IMG/VR virus record: IMGVR_UViG_3300030102_003788
Coordinates: 1-56,431 of that record
Source of the DNA: a virus
Taxonomy: Duplodnaviria; Caudoviricetes
Direction: 5' to 3' (one strand)
DNA: 56,431 nucleotides
Shown in pieces: positions 1 through 9,143 of this stretch. The stretch's first letter is position 1, and each line of letters starts with the position of its first letter. The position numbers and the translations under genes are program-made. The notes beneath the pieces were generated by a model. That model made no database searches, was not told where the DNA came from, and saw nothing but the letters and a program-made list of their open reading frames with translations.

Positions 1-2
1 GT

Positions 3-3000
3 AGAAGCTATGATGAGTTTAGGCTTGACTATGCGATTACAGAACAAGTAGATGCTATAACTAGAGAATACAATGTTAAAAATGAAAGAGACAGAAAGCG
101 ACAAGTTGCTATAGAAAATATTATAGACAAAGGAAATAATGTCGCAGAAGCGCAAGGCGCTAGTGTATTTGATTTTGACGAAACTGTTGGTATTAGTGAC
201 AATGTTGTTATAGCAACTAAAGACGGTGTTACTAAAGAAATATCATCTGCTGAGTGGCCAAACATAGGCGAGCAACTAGTAAACGATGGTTGGACAATGG
301 ACTTTTCTGACTTTAACAAAGTAACAGATGGTAAACCTGGTCCATTATTACCAAAACTTAAAAAACAAGTAGAAAGATATGGCGTTGATAATGTTTATAT
401 ACTAACAGCAAGAGCAAAAGAAAGTGCGCCAGCAATACAAGCTTGGTTAAAATCTGAAGGCATTGATTTACCTATAGAAAACATTGTAGGTTTAGGTAAT
501 AGTACTGGTGAGGCAAAAGCTGATTGGATAGAAGAAAATCTTATATGGACTGGTTTTAATGATATATTTTTTGTTGATGATGCTTTTTCAAACGTAGACG
601 CTGTTGACAAAATGTTTATGAAGTATCCTACAGGTTTAATTGCTGACGGAGGTAAATCTGTTTTAGTTAGACCAGAACATAGAGAAACACATGTTAAGTT
701 TAGTGGTAAGACTAACAACGAAACAATGAATATTTTTATTGAACAAACCTCTGGTGTTGATAGAAATAAAAGATACTCTGGAGCAAGAGCTAAACTAGAA
801 AATATTGGTAAAAGCTCTTTTAGATTTAATAACGTTATACCTTATTCGGCTGAAGATTTTAAAGGTTTATTATATCAATTTTTAGGTAAAGGTGATATTG
901 GTGAATACCAAATGGCTTGGTTTAAAGAAAAACTTATTGATCCATACTCTCGTGGAGAAATAAAAGTAAATGAAAAAAAGGTAGAAATAACTGAAAAATA
1001 TAACAAGCTAAAAAAAGAACTACCTAAAATAGGAAGATCTTTGAGAGAAAAAATACAAAGACCAGACGGAACTGAAACCATGTATACTATTGACCACGCC
1101 GTAAGAGTTTATCTTTGGGATAAAAATGGTATTGAAATACCTGGTATAAGCAAAAGAGATAGAGAGCTGTTAGTAAACCAAGTTGCTTCTAGCCAAGAGT
1201 TAATTACTTTTGCTAACCAACTAGGTGCTTTAACCGGGATGAAAGACGGTTATGTTAATGCTGGTAAATATTGGACTGTTGAAAATATAGCTAGTGATAT
1301 TACACAAGCAATAAACGAAAGCGGTAGATCTGAAGCTATGGCTGAGTTTGTAAAGAATAAAAACGAAATATTTTCTGAAGAAAACTTAAATAAAATAGAA
1401 GCTGTACATGGTTCTAAGTTTAGAGAGGCTTTAGAAAATATGTTAGATCGTATGGAAACTGGTAGATCACAAGGTAAAACTTTTGCTAAAGTTGATAGAG
1501 TTACGGACATGTACAATAAATGGACAAATAACTCTGTTGGTGCTATTATGTTTTTAAATGGTAGATCTGCTATATTGCAAACTATATCTAGTTTTAACTA
1601 TATTAAAATGACTGGTCCAAATAATATTATTAATGCTACCAAAGCTTTTGCTAATCAACCTCAGTTTTGGAAAGACTTTGCAATGTTATGGAACTCTAAA
1701 TACTTAGTTTCAAGAAGAAAAGGTCAGCAACGTGGTATTAATGAAGCTGAGTTAATGGCAGCTGTAGAAAAAGCAGATAACAAAGCAAAAGCAGCTGTAG
1801 CTTGGTTATTAGAAAAAGGGTTTTTACCTACACAAATTGCTGATAGTTTTGCTATTGCATCAGGTGGTGCTAGTTATGTTAGAAACTACGGTGATGCTAT
1901 TTACGAAATGCTTTATGACTACAAAGAATCTATAGATTATGAAACCGCTATGTCTACGCCAGAAGGTTTAGATGTTTTAGTAAGTGAAGCACAGTATAAA
2001 GATTTAGTAACTAGTACAGAGCTTAATCGTATATTAGGTGGTAGAAATCTAGCGGATTTAACTAAAGAAGAAATAAGAAAAATTGCTGATCAAATAGCAA
2101 TGGAAAAATTTGTATTAGAAACAGAAACAGGTCAGCAGTCATCTAGACAAGACATGTTATCACAACAGCAGACTGGTGGTTTAGGTAGGTTAATACTCGC
2201 GTTTAAAAACACGCCAATGCAGTATACTAGAAAAATACTTAGAGCAGCACAAGACCTTAAAAACAACAGGGGTAATCCAGCTGAACATATAGGACAAATT
2301 GCTTATTATGGTGTTGTACAAAACTTAATGTTTACAGGTTTACAACAAGCGCTGTATGCTAAACTTGGCGAAGAAGATGAAGAGTGGGATAAGTCTACAG
2401 ATAGAGTTATAAATAGCATGGTTGATAGTATACTTAATGGTATGGGATTATCTGGTACTGTTGTTGCTACTGTTAAAAACGGAGTACTTGAATTTCAAGA
2501 ACAAGATAAAAGAGGTTGGAACGCTGATCATACTTATACCGTTTTAGAGTTTGCTAACTTCTCACCTACTATTGGTAGTAAACTTAGAAAAATATATAGC
2601 TCAATAAAAGGACAGCAATTAAATGAAGGTGCTATAGCTGAAATGGATTTATGGGATCCACAAAACCCAGCTTGGTCATCTGTTGCTAATTTAGTTTCTG
2701 CTTTAACAAACATACCTTTAGATAGGGCTGTTAATAAAATAAACAACTTATTAGCTATATCTGCTGATGAAAATGAATGGTGGCAAAACTTATCTTTAGC
2801 TTTAGGTTGGAATACTTGGGATGTTGGTGTTGAAACCAAAGCAAAAAAAATTAATGTAGAAGTTAAAGAAAGAAAAAAAGAAGAAAAGAAACAAGAAAAA
2901 ATTGATGTTGCTCAAGATAAAGTTGATGTTGTAGTTGAAGAAGAGATTAAAAAAGAAAAAGAAGGTGAGGGTAAAGATGTTAATACTTGTGCGGCTGTAA

Positions 3001-3197
3001 AATCAAACGGACAAAGATGTACTGTTCCTGTTGATAAAGCTGGTGACAAATGTCAATATCATGCTAGTGATGAAGAAAAAGCTAAAATGAAAAAGTGTAG
3101 CTTTATAAAGAAAAACGGAAAACGATGTGGTAATTTTGCTGTTACTGACGCTGGAACATGTAACGTACCACAACATCAACCTGGATATAAAAAGTAA
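3..3197 (+). CDS. C-terminal part of a giant virion-associated (ejected-type) protein with a HAD-family phosphatase domain and two C-terminal Cys3-His zinc-finger-like repeats; 5' partial
   Basis: The frame of ORF 297..3197 is open from the window start. HAD motifs: VFDFDET (165-185), ILTAR, K, FFVDD. C-terminus has CxxxxxNGxRC...C..H twice. The large helical body resembles podovirus internal virion proteins. Confidence 0.7.
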   Translation, partial: RSYDEFRLDYAITEQVDAITREYNVKNERDRKRQVAIENIIDKGNNVAEAQGASVFDFDETVGISDNVVIATKDGVTKEISSAEWPNIGEQLVNDGWTMDFSDFNKVTDGKPGPLLPKLKKQVERYGVDNVYILTARAKESAPAIQAWLKSEGIDLPIENIVGLGNSTGEAKADWIEENLIWTGFNDIFFVDDAFSNVDAVDKMFMKYPTGLIADGGKSVLVRPEHRETHVKFSGKTNNETMNIFIEQTSGVDRNKRYSGARAKLENIGKSSFRFNNVIPYSAEDFKGLLYQFLGKGDIGEYQMAWFKEKLIDPYSRGEIKVNEKKVEITEKYNKLKKELPKIGRSLREKIQRPDGTETMYTIDHAVRVYLWDKNGIEIPGISKRDRELLVNQVASSQELITFANQLGALTGMKDGYVNAGKYWTVENIASDITQAINESGRSEAMAEFVKNKNEIFSEENLNKIEAVHGSKFREALENMLDRMETGRSQGKTFAKVDRVTDMYNKWTNNSVGAIMFLNGRSAILQTISSFNYIKMTGPNNIINATKAFANQPQFWKDFAMLWNSKYLVSRRKGQQRGINEAELMAAVEKADNKAKAAVAWLLEKGFLPTQIADSFAIASGGASYVRNYGDAIYEMLYDYKESIDYETAMSTPEGLDVLVSEAQYKDLVTSTELNRILGGRNLADLTKEEIRKIADQIAMEKFVLETETGQQSSRQDMLSQQQTGGLGRLILAFKNTPMQYTRKILRAAQDLKNNRGNPAEHIGQIAYYGVVQNLMFTGLQQALYAKLGEEDEEWDKSTDRVINSMVDSILNGMGLSGTVVATVKNGVLEFQEQDKRGWNADHTYTVLEFANFSPTIGSKLRKIYSSIKGQQLNEGAIAEMDLWDPQNPAWSSVANLVSALTNIPLDRAVNKINNLLAISADENEWWQNLSLALGWNTWDVGVETKAKKINVEVKERKKEEKKQEKIDVAQDKVDVVVEEEIKKEKEGEGKDVNTCAAVKSNGQRCTVPVDKAGDKCQYHASDEEKAKMKKCSFIKKNGKRCGNFAVTDAGTCNVPQHQPGYKK

Positions 3198-3222
3198 AGA
3201 TTTAAAAAAATAAGTGACTATA
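3194..3222 (+). promoter_or_regulatory. Class-2 phage promoter-like motif (TAAA-N15-GTRAYWATA)
   Basis: GTAAA-gatttaaaaaaataa-GTGACTATA directly upstream of ORF 3228; same spacing as three other copies. Confidence 0.55.
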
Positions 3223-3227
3223 TAACA

Positions 3228-4307
3228 ATGATGAAAAGACTAATAATATTGCTACTACTTGTATCAAACATAGTAACAGCGCAAACTCTTGATAGTGAAG
3301 AACTTAGAAAGCTTTTAAAGTTTTCTACTTTTTATGCTGCCGTAAATGGTGGAACATCATTGTCTGATGTTGATGTTTTTTCTGTAGATAACGGTTTATC
3401 TACTCAAACAATATCAACTCCTTATGATTATAACTTGACCATAGGTTTACGTAAAATAGCTAGATTTGGATATGAGAATAAAGCTCAGACTTTTTATGAT
3501 GGAACGGAATCTAATTACAGTGATGCGGCCACTGTTGGTAAAGTTAAAGGAGTTGAATATTTATTTGAAGTAGATTACAAAAGGCAAGAGGGTAAAAACT
3601 ACATGGACCAACATCACTTTATTAGGTTTAGTTCTGATGAGGGTTGCCCTGATGAGTTGTGTGTAAACTTTTTTGCTTTAAAACTAGAGTATCTTGAAGA
3701 CGGTTTTGCTGATGTAAAATACTTTGAGATGTCAGAAAGATATAGACATAGAGATGGTAGACATTTGTCTTGGAACGTAGGCTTAGTACATCGTCTTGCA
3801 GAACCATATGGTTACAATGCTTTAGATGAGTGGATGTTAAGTAATGGTAATATACATTATACTTATTTAGCTTTACAAGAAGGTTACAACGTCGATGTGG
3901 CTAATTCAATATATACAGATCCAAGTGGTAATGTAGTAGCTACTAGCGCTGAAGTATGGGAAGCTGTAGTAATACCACAAGTTTTATCTGATTATACACA
4001 AAAGAAAAGAAATGAACTAAAGAAAACAATACAACACTCTTTTGTTGTAGGTTTTGATTATTATAAATACAACAAAAATACTTGGTTACACGCTTGGGGT
4101 AGCTTGATGCCTTACCATTATGATGATGGTAGTGAATTTAGTTATCATAATTATGTTGATGGTCAGTGGTATGATTACTCAGGTGGTTTAATATATGGCG
4201 TAAAAGTAAACAAGCAGTTAGGTTATTTTGTAGAAGGTAAATATAACAAGTACTGGAATCGTGAGTGGTACGATTTTAAACTAGGAATGAATTACACAAT
4301 TTTTTAA
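3228..4307 (+). CDS. Predicted outer-membrane beta-barrel protein
   Basis: Sec signal peptide (MMKRLIILLLLVSNIVTA-Q), aromatic-rich alternating strands, C-terminal KLGMNYTIF resembling a BAM beta-signal. Confidence 0.6.
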   Translation: MMKRLIILLLLVSNIVTAQTLDSEELRKLLKFSTFYAAVNGGTSLSDVDVFSVDNGLSTQTISTPYDYNLTIGLRKIARFGYENKAQTFYDGTESNYSDAATVGKVKGVEYLFEVDYKRQEGKNYMDQHHFIRFSSDEGCPDELCVNFFALKLEYLEDGFADVKYFEMSERYRHRDGRHLSWNVGLVHRLAEPYGYNALDEWMLSNGNIHYTYLALQEGYNVDVANSIYTDPSGNVVATSAEVWEAVVIPQVLSDYTQKKRNELKKTIQHSFVVGFDYYKYNKNTWLHAWGSLMPYHYDDGSEFSYHNYVDGQWYDYSGGLIYGVKVNKQLGYFVEGKYNKYWNREWYDFKLGMNYTIF

Positions 4308-4308
4308 A

Positions 4309-4599
4309 ATGACAAAAGAATTAAATGAAGACACGTCTTTTAAATTAAGTATAAAGACAATAATAGCTTTAGGCTTTGGTATTGCTACTATAGTTGGTAT
4401 GTGGTTTGCTTTACAAGCAGATATAGCAGAAGCAAAAGAACTACCTGTTATACCTCCACCACCGGACCCAGAAGTTACGCGTATGGAGTTTGATATGAAA
4501 GATCAAATGATACGTAATACTATTATGACTACACAGAAAGATGTAGAAGAAATAAAACAAACTTTAGAAAAAATAGAAGATAAGCTTTATGACAGATAA
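4309..4599 (+). CDS. Small membrane-anchored coiled-coil protein
   Basis: One TM segment (TIIALGFGIATIVGMWFAL), Pro-rich linker, C-terminal heptad pattern. Confidence 0.6.
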   Translation: MTKELNEDTSFKLSIKTIIALGFGIATIVGMWFALQADIAEAKELPVIPPPPDPEVTRMEFDMKDQMIRNTIMTTQKDVEEIKQTLEKIEDKLYDR

Positions 4600-4948
4600 C
4601 ATTAACTGGCAAACACGAACCATGTACATGTTAATAGTTATTTTAATGTTGTTATGTAGTGTTTGTTTTAGCCAAATAAAAGTAGTACAGTTTAACGCTG
4701 GTTGGAACAAAGCCAATGATGTGCCATGGGTACAAAGTTTAAAAGACTGTAAAACTATAGGTTATACAGATGTTGGTAAAGATACCAAAGCGCAAGCAAA
4801 ATATAAAATAGCGTCTGTGCCTACGATTATAATATTTAAAGACGGAGAAGAAGTTGCTAGGTTTCAAGCTGATCTTAGCTTTACATTAACAGCAACAAAA
4901 GAAGAAGTACAAGAAAAAATAGACGAAGTAATAATGAGTGATTTTTAA
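4589..4948 (+). CDS. Exported thioredoxin-fold protein lacking the CxxC active site
   Basis: FNAGWNKAN replaces the WCGPC region; the Trx C-terminal signature IASVPTIIIFKDGEEVARF is intact; hydrophobic N-terminal signal. Confidence 0.65.
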   Translation: MTDNINWQTRTMYMLIVILMLLCSVCFSQIKVVQFNAGWNKANDVPWVQSLKDCKTIGYTDVGKDTKAQAKYKIASVPTIIIFKDGEEVARFQADLSFTLTATKEEVQEKIDEVIMSDF

Positions 4949-4950
4949 TT

Positions 4951-5295
4951 ATGCCATTTAAACAACTTAATAATCCTTTTTTAAGGAAAATAGACATAGA
5001 CGCAGAGTCACCTTTAGAAAAACGTAAACGTAAACGTAAAAAATCTAGTGAACCTAGAAAAACAACTAAAGGTAAAGGGCGTAATTTTAGAACTGTAAAG
5101 GAAGGAGCTGGAATGACAGCTAAAGGTGTAAAAGAATATAGACGTAAAAACCCAGGTAGTAAATTAAAAACAGCTGTTACTGGTAAAGTAAAACCAGGTA
5201 GTAAAGCGGCAAAAAGAAGAAAATCGTTCTGCGCTAGATCAAAAGGTTGGACCGGTGAAAGAGGTAAAGCCGCTAGACGTAGATGGAAATGTTAA
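4951..5295 (+). CDS. Small basic phage protein (RRKSFCAR motif) with MPFK..SPL N-terminus
   Basis: Very Lys/Arg-rich; RRKSFCAR...RWKC module recalled from marine phage small proteins. Confidence 0.7.
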   Translation: MPFKQLNNPFLRKIDIDAESPLEKRKRKRKKSSEPRKTTKGKGRNFRTVKEGAGMTAKGVKEYRRKNPGSKLKTAVTGKVKPGSKAAKRRKSFCARSKGWTGERGKAARRRWKC

Positions 5296-5306
5296 AAATA
5301 TAAGAT

Positions 5307-5648
5307 ATGGCATTTAAACTAAAAAACAACAAATTAAAAAAAATAGTAAAAGAACTTAAAAAAGCATCTAAGATGCACGCTTCACAAGCTGATAGAATAC
5401 AAGCTATGGCTATGGAGTCTGGTTCGTGTGGTAAACCACCAGGAGAGTGTGAGTGTGAAACAAATACGCTACCTGGTATATCACCATTTGCTAAAAAGAA
5501 AAAGAAAGGTAAAAAAGACGCTTGTTATCACAAGGTAAAATCAAGAGTTAAAGTTTGGCCTAGTGCTTATGCTTCTGGTCAGTTAGTTCAATGTAGAAAA
5601 AGAGGTGCTGCTAATTGGGGTACTGGTGGTAAAAAGAAAAAGTCATAA
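5307..5648 (+). CDS. Small basic phage protein, MAFKLK family (DACY..WPSAYASG module)
   Basis: Starts MAFKLK; ISPF precedes a Lys-rich module DACYHKVKSRVKVWPSAYASG. Confidence 0.7.
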   Translation: MAFKLKNNKLKKIVKELKKASKMHASQADRIQAMAMESGSCGKPPGECECETNTLPGISPFAKKKKKGKKDACYHKVKSRVKVWPSAYASGQLVQCRKRGAANWGTGGKKKKS

Positions 5649-6028
5649 TGCCTTACGATATTAAATCTAAGTTTGAAGAAAATAGTCCGCTACCTTGTTG
5701 GACAAAAGCTGGTTATGTAAGAAAACCTGGAACTAAAAAAGGAGAGCCTGGTAGTTGTTATAAACCAAAACCAGCTCTTAAAAAACAAAAAGGCGGTGGT
5801 ACTAAAAAAGTTTGTTTACCAGCTGACAAAGTACGTTCAATGTCTAAGTCTGAAAGAAAAGCTTTGGCAAGTGCTAAAAGTAAAGCTGGTAAAAAAGGTA
5901 AATATAGAAGATCATCTAAAACAAATGTAAAAGGCGCTCGTAAAAAAGGCGCTACACTAAGAGACTGGTTTAAAAAAGAAAACTGGGTACAAGTTGGAAA
6001 CCCAAAGAAAAAATGTGGAGAAGATTAA
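5648..6028 (+). CDS. Small basic phage protein (NSPL-CW..GY; LRDWFK..W)
   Basis: Lys-rich; start coupled to the upstream stop (TAATG). Confidence 0.7.
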   Translation: MPYDIKSKFEENSPLPCWTKAGYVRKPGTKKGEPGSCYKPKPALKKQKGGGTKKVCLPADKVRSMSKSERKALASAKSKAGKKGKYRRSSKTNVKGARKKGATLRDWFKKENWVQVGNPKKKCGED

Positions 6029-6029
6029 A

Positions 6030-8339
6030 ATGAAAAAAATACTATTATTAATACTGTTACCAATATTTAGTTTTGCACAAAACTGTGCGCCAATATTAAC
6101 TGCTACTGACACTTGTATGTATGGTTATGCTAGAACATGGGTTGAGTGGAACTCATTAGATAGTGGTTGTGCTGTAGCTAATATACACAGAGGCACACCT
6201 TACAACACGTTTAGTTGGGCTTGGTATGATCAGTTAGATACAAATTATTTGTTTGCTAATAACTATAGTCCAGGTGATCCTTTTGCTAGTTCAGAAGGTT
6301 TTTGGATGGTTTTAGAAATGGCTGATGGTACTTTTACAGATACAATATATGCAAACGAATTTACATGTATTGAAGGTTGTATGGACCCTTCATATGACAA
6401 TTATAATCCACTAGCTAATATACCTGATGTTTGCTTAGCAATACCGCCGCCACAAGATGATTGTGAAGATACTACAAAAACATCTATAACAATTGAGTTT
6501 ATACCTGACACATACGCTGGTGAAACATCTATGAGTATTGTAAACCAAGATGATAGTATTTTGTATAGTGTACCACAAGGTTATTTTTACAATACAGGTA
6601 CTGGTAACATATATACTGAAACATTGTGCGTACCAATAGGTGATACAATTAGATTTATGATATATGATTCGTATGGTGATGGTATATGTGGTAGTTGCTT
6701 TGGCGGAGTTGATGGTTATGCTTTAATCACAGATGAGTGTGGTGATACTATATATAGTTTAACGCCAGGTGATAATTTAAACTTTGGTCATGGTGATACG
6801 TCTGATGTTTTTGTAATGAAAGACTGTAGCTGGATACCTGTTGTTGGTTGTCCTAATCCAGCTTATTTAGAGTTTAATCCAGCTGCTGACATAGATAATC
6901 CAGCGTTATGTGTTACACCTAGGGTAATAGGTTGTATGGATAGTACTATGTTTGATTTTAACCCTATGGCTAACACACCACTTATGGAAGATACTTGTGG
7001 CTATGTACTAGAGCTTACTGATGGAGGAGGTGATGGTTGGTTAGGTGCTTACGTTGTAGTAAATCAATTAGGTAACTCATATGGTCCTTACACTAACATA
7101 AGTTCTTTTGTTGAAACTATAAATCTAGAGTTAAAATCAAACCACCCAGTTACAATTAGAGCTTACTCACAAACAAGTTCTGACGCTACAATAGATCAAA
7201 TAGGTTTTAGATTAATAAACCCAGAAGGTGTTGTTATAGCTTCTGGTGGCACAAATCCTTGGAGTGACAGAATAATGTTATTTCCAGATAAGTATATAAC
7301 TTTACCAAATTGTCCTACTATATGTACACCTTATGTTTATGGCTGTATGGATGTTACAGCTTATAACTATGATAACACAGCAAATACTAGCGATGGTAGT
7401 TGTTATTATGAACCTGGCTGTACAGATCCACAGTTTTTAGAATATTACACTCAAGGTTACATAGCTGACTATAATAACGGTGATTGCCAAACAGAGGCAA
7501 TATGGGGTTGTACTGATAGTACTGCATTTAATTATGATAGTTTAGCTAATTTAGATAATGGTGGTTGTGTGCCTGTAATATTAGGTTGTATGCAGCCTTT
7601 AGCTTTTAATTATAACTCTAGCGCAAATGTTGATGATGGAAGTTGCGTGCCATTTATATATGGTTGTACTGACGCTACAATGTTTAACTTTGATGCAAAC
7701 GCAAACACTGATGATGGTAGTTGCTTACCTTATGTTTTTGGCTGTACTGATTCAACAATGTTTAATTATAACCCTTTAGCAAATAGTGACAATAATTCTT
7801 GTATACCTTACATATATGGCTGCACGGATCCTTCTATGCTTAATTACGACCCACAAGCAAACACGGAGGACTTTAGTTGTATTGCTTTTATTTATGGGTG
7901 TATGGATAGTTTGGCCTTTAATTACGATCCACTTGCTAACACGGATAACGGTTCGTGTATCGAAGTGGTTATGGGTTGCATGGATCCAAACGCGTATAAC
8001 TACGAACCAATTGCTAATGTTAACGATACTTTATCTTGTCTATACGATGCTGGTTGTATTACTGGTGCGGGCTTTCCTTACTGGCTCAATGATGAGTGTT
8101 ACGCTTGGGTTATAGAAGTAGATCCTTATTGCTGTGAAAACGAGTGGGATACTATATGTCAAGCAACATATGACTATTGTACAGGTACTTGGTCTGGCCC
8201 TGTACAAAATAGATACGAACAAAAGAAACTAGTAGCTGTTACAGATTTACTAGGCAGACCAACAAAAATAATAAAAAATAAAGTACTACTATATATTTAT
8301 AGTGATGGTACTGTAAAAAGAAAATTAATAACACAATAA
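6030..8339 (+). CDS. Secreted Cys/Asp-rich GC(M/T)D-repeat surface protein with T9SS-like C-terminal sorting domain
   Basis: Probable start is ATG 6030 (MKKILLLILLPIFSFA-Q signal peptide). About 12 GC(M/T)DxxAxN(Y/F)xxxAN repeats, DSYGDG/DGGGDGW modules, and C-terminal KLVAVTDLLGR...YIYSDGTVKRKLI. Confidence 0.75.
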   Translation: MKKILLLILLPIFSFAQNCAPILTATDTCMYGYARTWVEWNSLDSGCAVANIHRGTPYNTFSWAWYDQLDTNYLFANNYSPGDPFASSEGFWMVLEMADGTFTDTIYANEFTCIEGCMDPSYDNYNPLANIPDVCLAIPPPQDDCEDTTKTSITIEFIPDTYAGETSMSIVNQDDSILYSVPQGYFYNTGTGNIYTETLCVPIGDTIRFMIYDSYGDGICGSCFGGVDGYALITDECGDTIYSLTPGDNLNFGHGDTSDVFVMKDCSWIPVVGCPNPAYLEFNPAADIDNPALCVTPRVIGCMDSTMFDFNPMANTPLMEDTCGYVLELTDGGGDGWLGAYVVVNQLGNSYGPYTNISSFVETINLELKSNHPVTIRAYSQTSSDATIDQIGFRLINPEGVVIASGGTNPWSDRIMLFPDKYITLPNCPTICTPYVYGCMDVTAYNYDNTANTSDGSCYYEPGCTDPQFLEYYTQGYIADYNNGDCQTEAIWGCTDSTAFNYDSLANLDNGGCVPVILGCMQPLAFNYNSSANVDDGSCVPFIYGCTDATMFNFDANANTDDGSCLPYVFGCTDSTMFNYNPLANSDNNSCIPYIYGCTDPSMLNYDPQANTEDFSCIAFIYGCMDSLAFNYDPLANTDNGSCIEVVMGCMDPNAYNYEPIANVNDTLSCLYDAGCITGAGFPYWLNDECYAWVIEVDPYCCENEWDTICQATYDYCTGTWSGPVQNRYEQKKLVAVTDLLGRPTKIIKNKVLLYIYSDGTVKRKLITQ
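7341..8040 (+). repeat. Tandem coding repeats of about 26 aa (GCxDxxAxNYxxxANxDDGSC)
   Basis: Nine consecutive degenerate units are visible in the translation. Confidence 0.85.
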
Positions 8340-8351
8340 AACAAAAAAATT

Positions 8352-8795
8352 ATGGCAACAATTACATCAACGTTGACAATAACATCTAACTCATCAACAG
8401 CTACTGCAAGTCCTGGTCCGTTGAGTATGGCTTTGTCTTTGTCTCAATCATTTTCACCAACAATAGTTACTGTTAAATCAGCAAACCAAACAATATCGGA
8501 TTCAGCAGCAAGTCTTTTTACAGACGCTTTGCAAGCTGAAGGTGATACAGCTGGTACGCACGGCGCTTTAATATATATGAAAAACACTAGTTCAGCTGAC
8601 TATGATATTTATATAGGTTTTGAAGCTTCTGGATCATCAGCAGCTGAAATGCAAGGAGCTGGTGCAGCAACAAGACTTGGTACTTTAAAACAAGGAGAGT
8701 TTATGTTTTTTCCTTATGATTTTGCTGGTGATATTACTATTGACGCTGAAAATGCAAGTGCTACTTTAGAGTACTTCTTCTTTTCTAGAACATAG
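8352..8795 (+). CDS. Hypothetical protein, probable virion structural protein
   Basis: Ser/Thr/Ala/Gly-rich beta-type composition; A-rich leader. Confidence 0.55.
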   Translation: MATITSTLTITSNSSTATASPGPLSMALSLSQSFSPTIVTVKSANQTISDSAASLFTDALQAEGDTAGTHGALIYMKNTSSADYDIYIGFEASGSSAAEMQGAGAATRLGTLKQGEFMFFPYDFAGDITIDAENASATLEYFFFSRT

Positions 8796-8798
8796 TAA

Positions 8799-9143
8799 AT
8801 GTCGGCTTTTAAGTATTTTAATATAGATACAACTAATGTTGAGACGTTAGCCGCTATAGAAACTCCAGATGGTAATAATGCTGCTCAAATAATTAGTAGT
8901 TCACCAAAATGTATTACTATTTGTAATTTTGATGCTAATGGCGATAGTTGTACTATAGATTTATTTCTTGTGCCGTCTAGTGGTACAGACGTTTATTTGC
9001 TACATGATGTTGTAATACCTGGTGGTGTTACTTTAGTTTTAAACGAAGATGAACTACAGTATGATACCACTATATACGCGCTTAAATTTAAATTAAGCAG
9101 CGTTAGCGCAAGTCAAAAAGTAGATATTAAAATAACTTACTAA
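8799..9143 (+). CDS. Hypothetical protein, probable virion structural protein
   Basis: Beta-rich small protein (ITICN...TIDLFL...IPGGVTLVL) in a tightly packed operon. Confidence 0.55.
   Translation: MSAFKYFNIDTTNVETLAAIETPDGNNAAQIISSSPKCITICNFDANGDSCTIDLFLVPSSGTDVYLLHDVVIPGGVTLVLNEDELQYDTTIYALKFKLSSVSASQKVDIKITY

Noticed and set aside
5994-6029. ORF-track start at 5994 (also 34494 and 13460)
   Set aside because: Downstream ATGs (6030, 34545, 13442) give a clean signal peptide or smaller overlaps with neighbouring genes.
7341-8040. Diversity-generating retroelement template/variable repeats
   Set aside because: The repeats differ at all base types, are tandem coding units, and no reverse transcriptase is present.
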